A stretch of DNA of 64,000 bases from Pseudomonadota bacterium (GTDB lineage: Bacteria > Pseudomonadota > Gammaproteobacteria > Steroidobacterales > Rariloculaceae). The notes under the pieces were generated by a model that did not search any database, was not told the origin of the DNA, and was given only the letters and a program-made list of their open reading frames with translations. Position numbers and translations under genes: made by a program. The DNA lies in NCBI GenBank assembly GCA_036337035.1, contig JAYZFC010000002.1, positions 115,051 to 179,050 on the forward strand, read 5' to 3'. Positions 61,001-64,000 of this stretch are shown piece by piece. The stretch's first letter is position 1, and each line of letters starts with the position of its first letter.

Positions 61001-62269
61001 TTAATATTTATTTGCAATAAAAAGATCCTTGGCTGGAAATAATGTAATTATCTCACAACCAGAAGGTGTAACTACAACCTCCTCTTCAATTCTTGCAGCC
61101 CCATTCCCATCTACCGCTGGACAATATGTCTCTAGTGCAAATACCATCCCAATTTCTAGTTCAAATGGATTATCTAATGACACAAGTCTACTGATGATAG
61201 GTCTTTCATGAAGGGCTAAGCCTAATCCATGACCAAACTGCAACCCAAAAGCTTCCATTTCATTAGCAAAACCAAAATCCTCCGCCTTGGGCCACTTCTT
61301 GGCAATCTTATCTGTAGTCATTCCAGGCTTAATAAGCTCAATAGCTGCATCTATCCATTCTCTTGCCTGACGGTAAGCATCCTCTTGAGCAGGGGTTGAT
61401 GAGCCAACATTAAGAGTACGATAATAACAAGTTCTATACCCCATGTATGACTGGATAACATCAAAAAAAGCTTGGTCCCCTGGTCTGTACATTCGATCAG
61501 TAAAATTATGTGGATGAGGACTACATCTTTCCCCAGAAACTGCATTAATTGCTTCTACATCATCAGAACCAGCTTCGTAAAGCTGCTTATTTGCAATTGC
61601 TACTATCTCATTTTCTCTTATACCTGGTTTAAGCACTTCCGCTATGAGCTGGTATGTACCATCAACCATTGAGGCTGCAGAATTTAATAATTCAATTTCA
61701 TCAATATTTTTTATTTGACGAGCATTAAGCATTACTTGCTGTGCATCTCTAACTTCTATCCCTTCAGATTGAAGCGCAAACATCATAGGAGGTTCACAAA
61801 CATCTACTCCTAATGGCATATCAGCCACTCCCTCTTGTTTTAATAATGAAGCTATCTCTTTTGCAGCACCTTTAAATAAGCCTGCCTCCTCGGCAACAGA
61901 ACCTCTCAGTCCAAGCATGCCTGCTCTACATCTATCATTTTCAAGCCATGGAGCATAAATCCTATGATGGGCTGCCGCAGAACCAAAATCCCATAGATAA
62001 GGCTCACAGTCACCAGTCATAAGAGTATATCTACAAATTTTATCTCTAGCCCACTCTCCTATAACACTACTAGTGATATATCTAATATTATTATTATCAA
62101 AGCATAGGACTGCACCTAAACCCGAATTCTTTAAAGCCTGTCGAGTTCTTGCTACACGATACTTCCTTAAGCGTTGAAAATTAACTCTCTGTTCAAAATC
62201 TACATTCATCCTTCCAGATGAAGCGATAGGTCTATCCCAATTCCAATTAGTATTCAAATCATCTTTCAT
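61001..62269 (-). CDS. M24 family (Xaa-Pro peptidase/creatinase-like) protein
   Basis: NIRY, R.IK..DEI, FFD...GYRTC..RT, GHGLG..LHERP, ALET, RIEE. Confidence 0.88.
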   Translation of the reverse strand: MKDDLNTNWNWDRPIASSGRMNVDFEQRVNFQRLRKYRVARTRQALKNSGLGAVLCFDNNNIRYITSSVIGEWARDKICRYTLMTGDCEPYLWDFGSAAAHHRIYAPWLENDRCRAGMLGLRGSVAEEAGLFKGAAKEIASLLKQEGVADMPLGVDVCEPPMMFALQSEGIEVRDAQQVMLNARQIKNIDEIELLNSAASMVDGTYQLIAEVLKPGIRENEIVAIANKQLYEAGSDDVEAINAVSGERCSPHPHNFTDRMYRPGDQAFFDVIQSYMGYRTCYYRTLNVGSSTPAQEDAYRQAREWIDAAIELIKPGMTTDKIAKKWPKAEDFGFANEMEAFGLQFGHGLGLALHERPIISRLVSLDNPFELEIGMVFALETYCPAVDGNGAARIEEEVVVTPSGCEIITLFPAKDLFIANKY

Positions 62270-62292
62270 TAATATCTAATCCTTTATTTTAA

Positions 62293-62547
62293 CTAGTGAT
62301 TATGCCCATGATGTCCACCTGACTTAGCGCACTTACAAGCAGTTGCAGCTGGTAAAGATTTATTAATAACTGTACTCCGCCTAATTACATTCCGCCTAAT
62401 ACCCTGCCCTCCAGTAATAATTTTTTTTATCGGCTTGCCATTCTCAGGGTGCGTAAGCAAAGGGGCTTCTGACATTCTTTGAAAAATTTCAAAGCGCTCA
62501 GGAGTTTCGCTAGCTTTTGTTAAAGTCTCATAAATATAAGTTGGCAT
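62293..62547 (-). CDS. FmdB-like zinc-ribbon family small protein lacking the canonical cysteines
   Basis: MPTYIYE...RFEIFQRMSE.PL..HPE.G...KKII. Confidence 0.75.
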   Translation of the reverse strand: MPTYIYETLTKASETPERFEIFQRMSEAPLLTHPENGKPIKKIITGGQGIRRNVIRRSTVINKSLPAATACKCAKSGGHHGHNH

Positions 62548-62657
62548 TAAAAGCTCCACAGTCCTAAATCAGATAATTATTAGTTTATTTTAACTTACCT
62601 AGCGAAATGCTGATAGGGTTATTAATAACATTCTTACATTAGATTTAATTAATATCC

Positions 62658-63407
62658 TTAAATAAACCAATTGTTATATATCAATCTAATAGCCATTATC
62701 ACTAATAAAGCTTTTATAATTCTTCGAAATATTAATGGAGACATAAATTTTCTAACTTTTGAGCCTAATGCAACAAAAATAACTGTTGGTAAAATTGCCC
62801 AAAGCCCCTCAACAAAAACAATCTTAGAATATGCTTGTAAAAAAATAAGAATAATAAAATGGGTACCTGATAGAGCAGTAAAAATAGACGCCACAGTAAA
62901 AACATATGCTTTAGGTGAAATTTTTATAGCATCTACATAAGAGGCTACTACTGGAGCAGATATCCCACTGCTTGACTGTAGTATTCCTGAAAAAAACCCT
63001 ACATAAGGTGCAATAATGTTTCTATTTCCCTGAGATAAAATTAAATTACTCCGAAATATGCTTATCAATAAATATATCAATATCCAAAAGGCTAAGAGCG
63101 ATGCTAATAGCTTCTCAGGAGAATAGTAGAGCAAGAATGCACCAATACTTGCTCCAGGTATTCCAAAAAAAATAATTCGCCTTAGCTCAGGCACTTCTGG
63201 ATAACAATCTCTTAGGCCAATCATTAGCCAAATATTAGTAACCAAAACTGGGATTATAATTATCATTACGGCTTGTTCGACTCCAAAAAAATTTGCAAGA
63301 ACTGGAACGCTCACCATAGGTAAACCAAGGCCTGTGAGCCCCTTTGTAAAGCCGGCAACCATTAATGCAAATAATATAACTAGTAATTCATTAGATAAAA
63401 CAATCAA
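62658..63407 (-). CDS. TauE/SafE family exporter
   Basis: AGFTKGLTGLGLP, G.PG..IGA, SG.L...SG..AP; about 8 TM helices. Confidence 0.85.
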   Translation of the reverse strand: MIVLSNELLVILFALMVAGFTKGLTGLGLPMVSVPVLANFFGVEQAVMIIIIPVLVTNIWLMIGLRDCYPEVPELRRIIFFGIPGASIGAFLLYYSPEKLLASLLAFWILIYLLISIFRSNLILSQGNRNIIAPYVGFFSGILQSSSGISAPVVASYVDAIKISPKAYVFTVASIFTALSGTHFIILIFLQAYSKIVFVEGLWAILPTVIFVALGSKVRKFMSPLIFRRIIKALLVIMAIRLIYNNWFI

Positions 63408-63465
63408 AATTTGCTCCTCAGAAAAGTTAATTTTATGTAATAATTAGAGAAAAGCGAGCATAGAA

Positions 63466-64000
63466 ATGAAGAAACCAAGAATTAGCTATATTAAACCAGA
63501 AGATATTAAAGATCCTAATATGGTTTCAGAGCTTAAAAGATGCGCAGAAATAGGCACCCCTCGTCCAGAAAGTCAGTCTATAAGGGCACATGTGCCAGAA
63601 ATTTTTTTTGGTTTTGCTAAAGTATGGAAAGACTCTTTTTATGAGGGTGTATTAGAAAATTCGATCAAAGAACTTTGTAGAATTTATGTTTCTCATTCAG
63701 TTAAATGTGAATACTGTGGAAATCAAAGATCTACAAAAGCAAAAGGTATAGTAAAAGAAGATTATTTTGATTTACTTAACTTTGAAAAATCTGATAGGTA
63801 TGATGAGAAACAAAAAACAGCTCTATCATATGCCGAAGCAATAACTTGGGACTTACAAACTAATGATGAACTATGGAATTCACTTCATAAGCACTTTAGT
63901 GAACCTGAAATAGTTGAACTGGGTTTCTTTATTGCATTAACCATGGGTCAGCAAAGGTGGCTAAGGACATTAAATCTTGATCACCATCAGATAATGGCTG
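63466..64000 (+). CDS. Carboxymuconolactone decarboxylase/AhpD family protein (3'-truncated; not in ORF track)
   Basis: MKKPRISY...GTPRPESQSIRAH...KELCRIYVS.SVKCEYCGNQRS...HFSEPEIVELG; CxxC motif; open to the window edge. Confidence 0.85.
   Translation, partial: MKKPRISYIKPEDIKDPNMVSELKRCAEIGTPRPESQSIRAHVPEIFFGFAKVWKDSFYEGVLENSIKELCRIYVSHSVKCEYCGNQRSTKAKGIVKEDYFDLLNFEKSDRYDEKQKTALSYAEAITWDLQTNDELWNSLHKHFSEPEIVELGFFIALTMGQQRWLRTLNLDHHQIMA

Overview
AT-rich, gene-dense bacterial chromosome segment that reads in standard genetic code; gene content suggests a streamlined, probably marine Gammaproteobacterium (inference). I found no rRNA, tRNA, CRISPR array or mobile element. Housekeeping blocks are proBA, ilvH/ilvB, bioA/F/D, manB, metK-adenosine kinase-ahcY and trxB. 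Best candidates for undescribed biology: (1) a 9-gene operon (13006-23425, minus strand) resembling an ion-motive-force-driven envelope machine, with a MotA/TolQ/ExbB protein, two ExbD-like TM(Asp)-coiled-coil-VWA proteins, an actin/Hsp70-fold protein, an FHA-TM-PEGA-FGE protein, a TPR protein, a lipoprotein and a collagen-like (Gly-Gln-Gln)n lipoprotein; (2) a Kdo operon (waaA-kdsA-X-kdsC) in which the KdsD position holds a transaldolase/FSA barrel fused to a KdsD-type CBS pair; (3) a highly diverged isocitrate-dehydrogenase-fold enzyme; (4) a TorF-type porin behind a sigma54 promoter with a structured 3' UTR; (5) a Tat-exported xanthine-dehydrogenase-family enzyme with a cytochrome b gene split by an in-frame amber codon; (6) an orphan catabolic cluster around an M24 enzyme with an altered metal site. 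All calls rest on motif recognition by eye; no searches were run.
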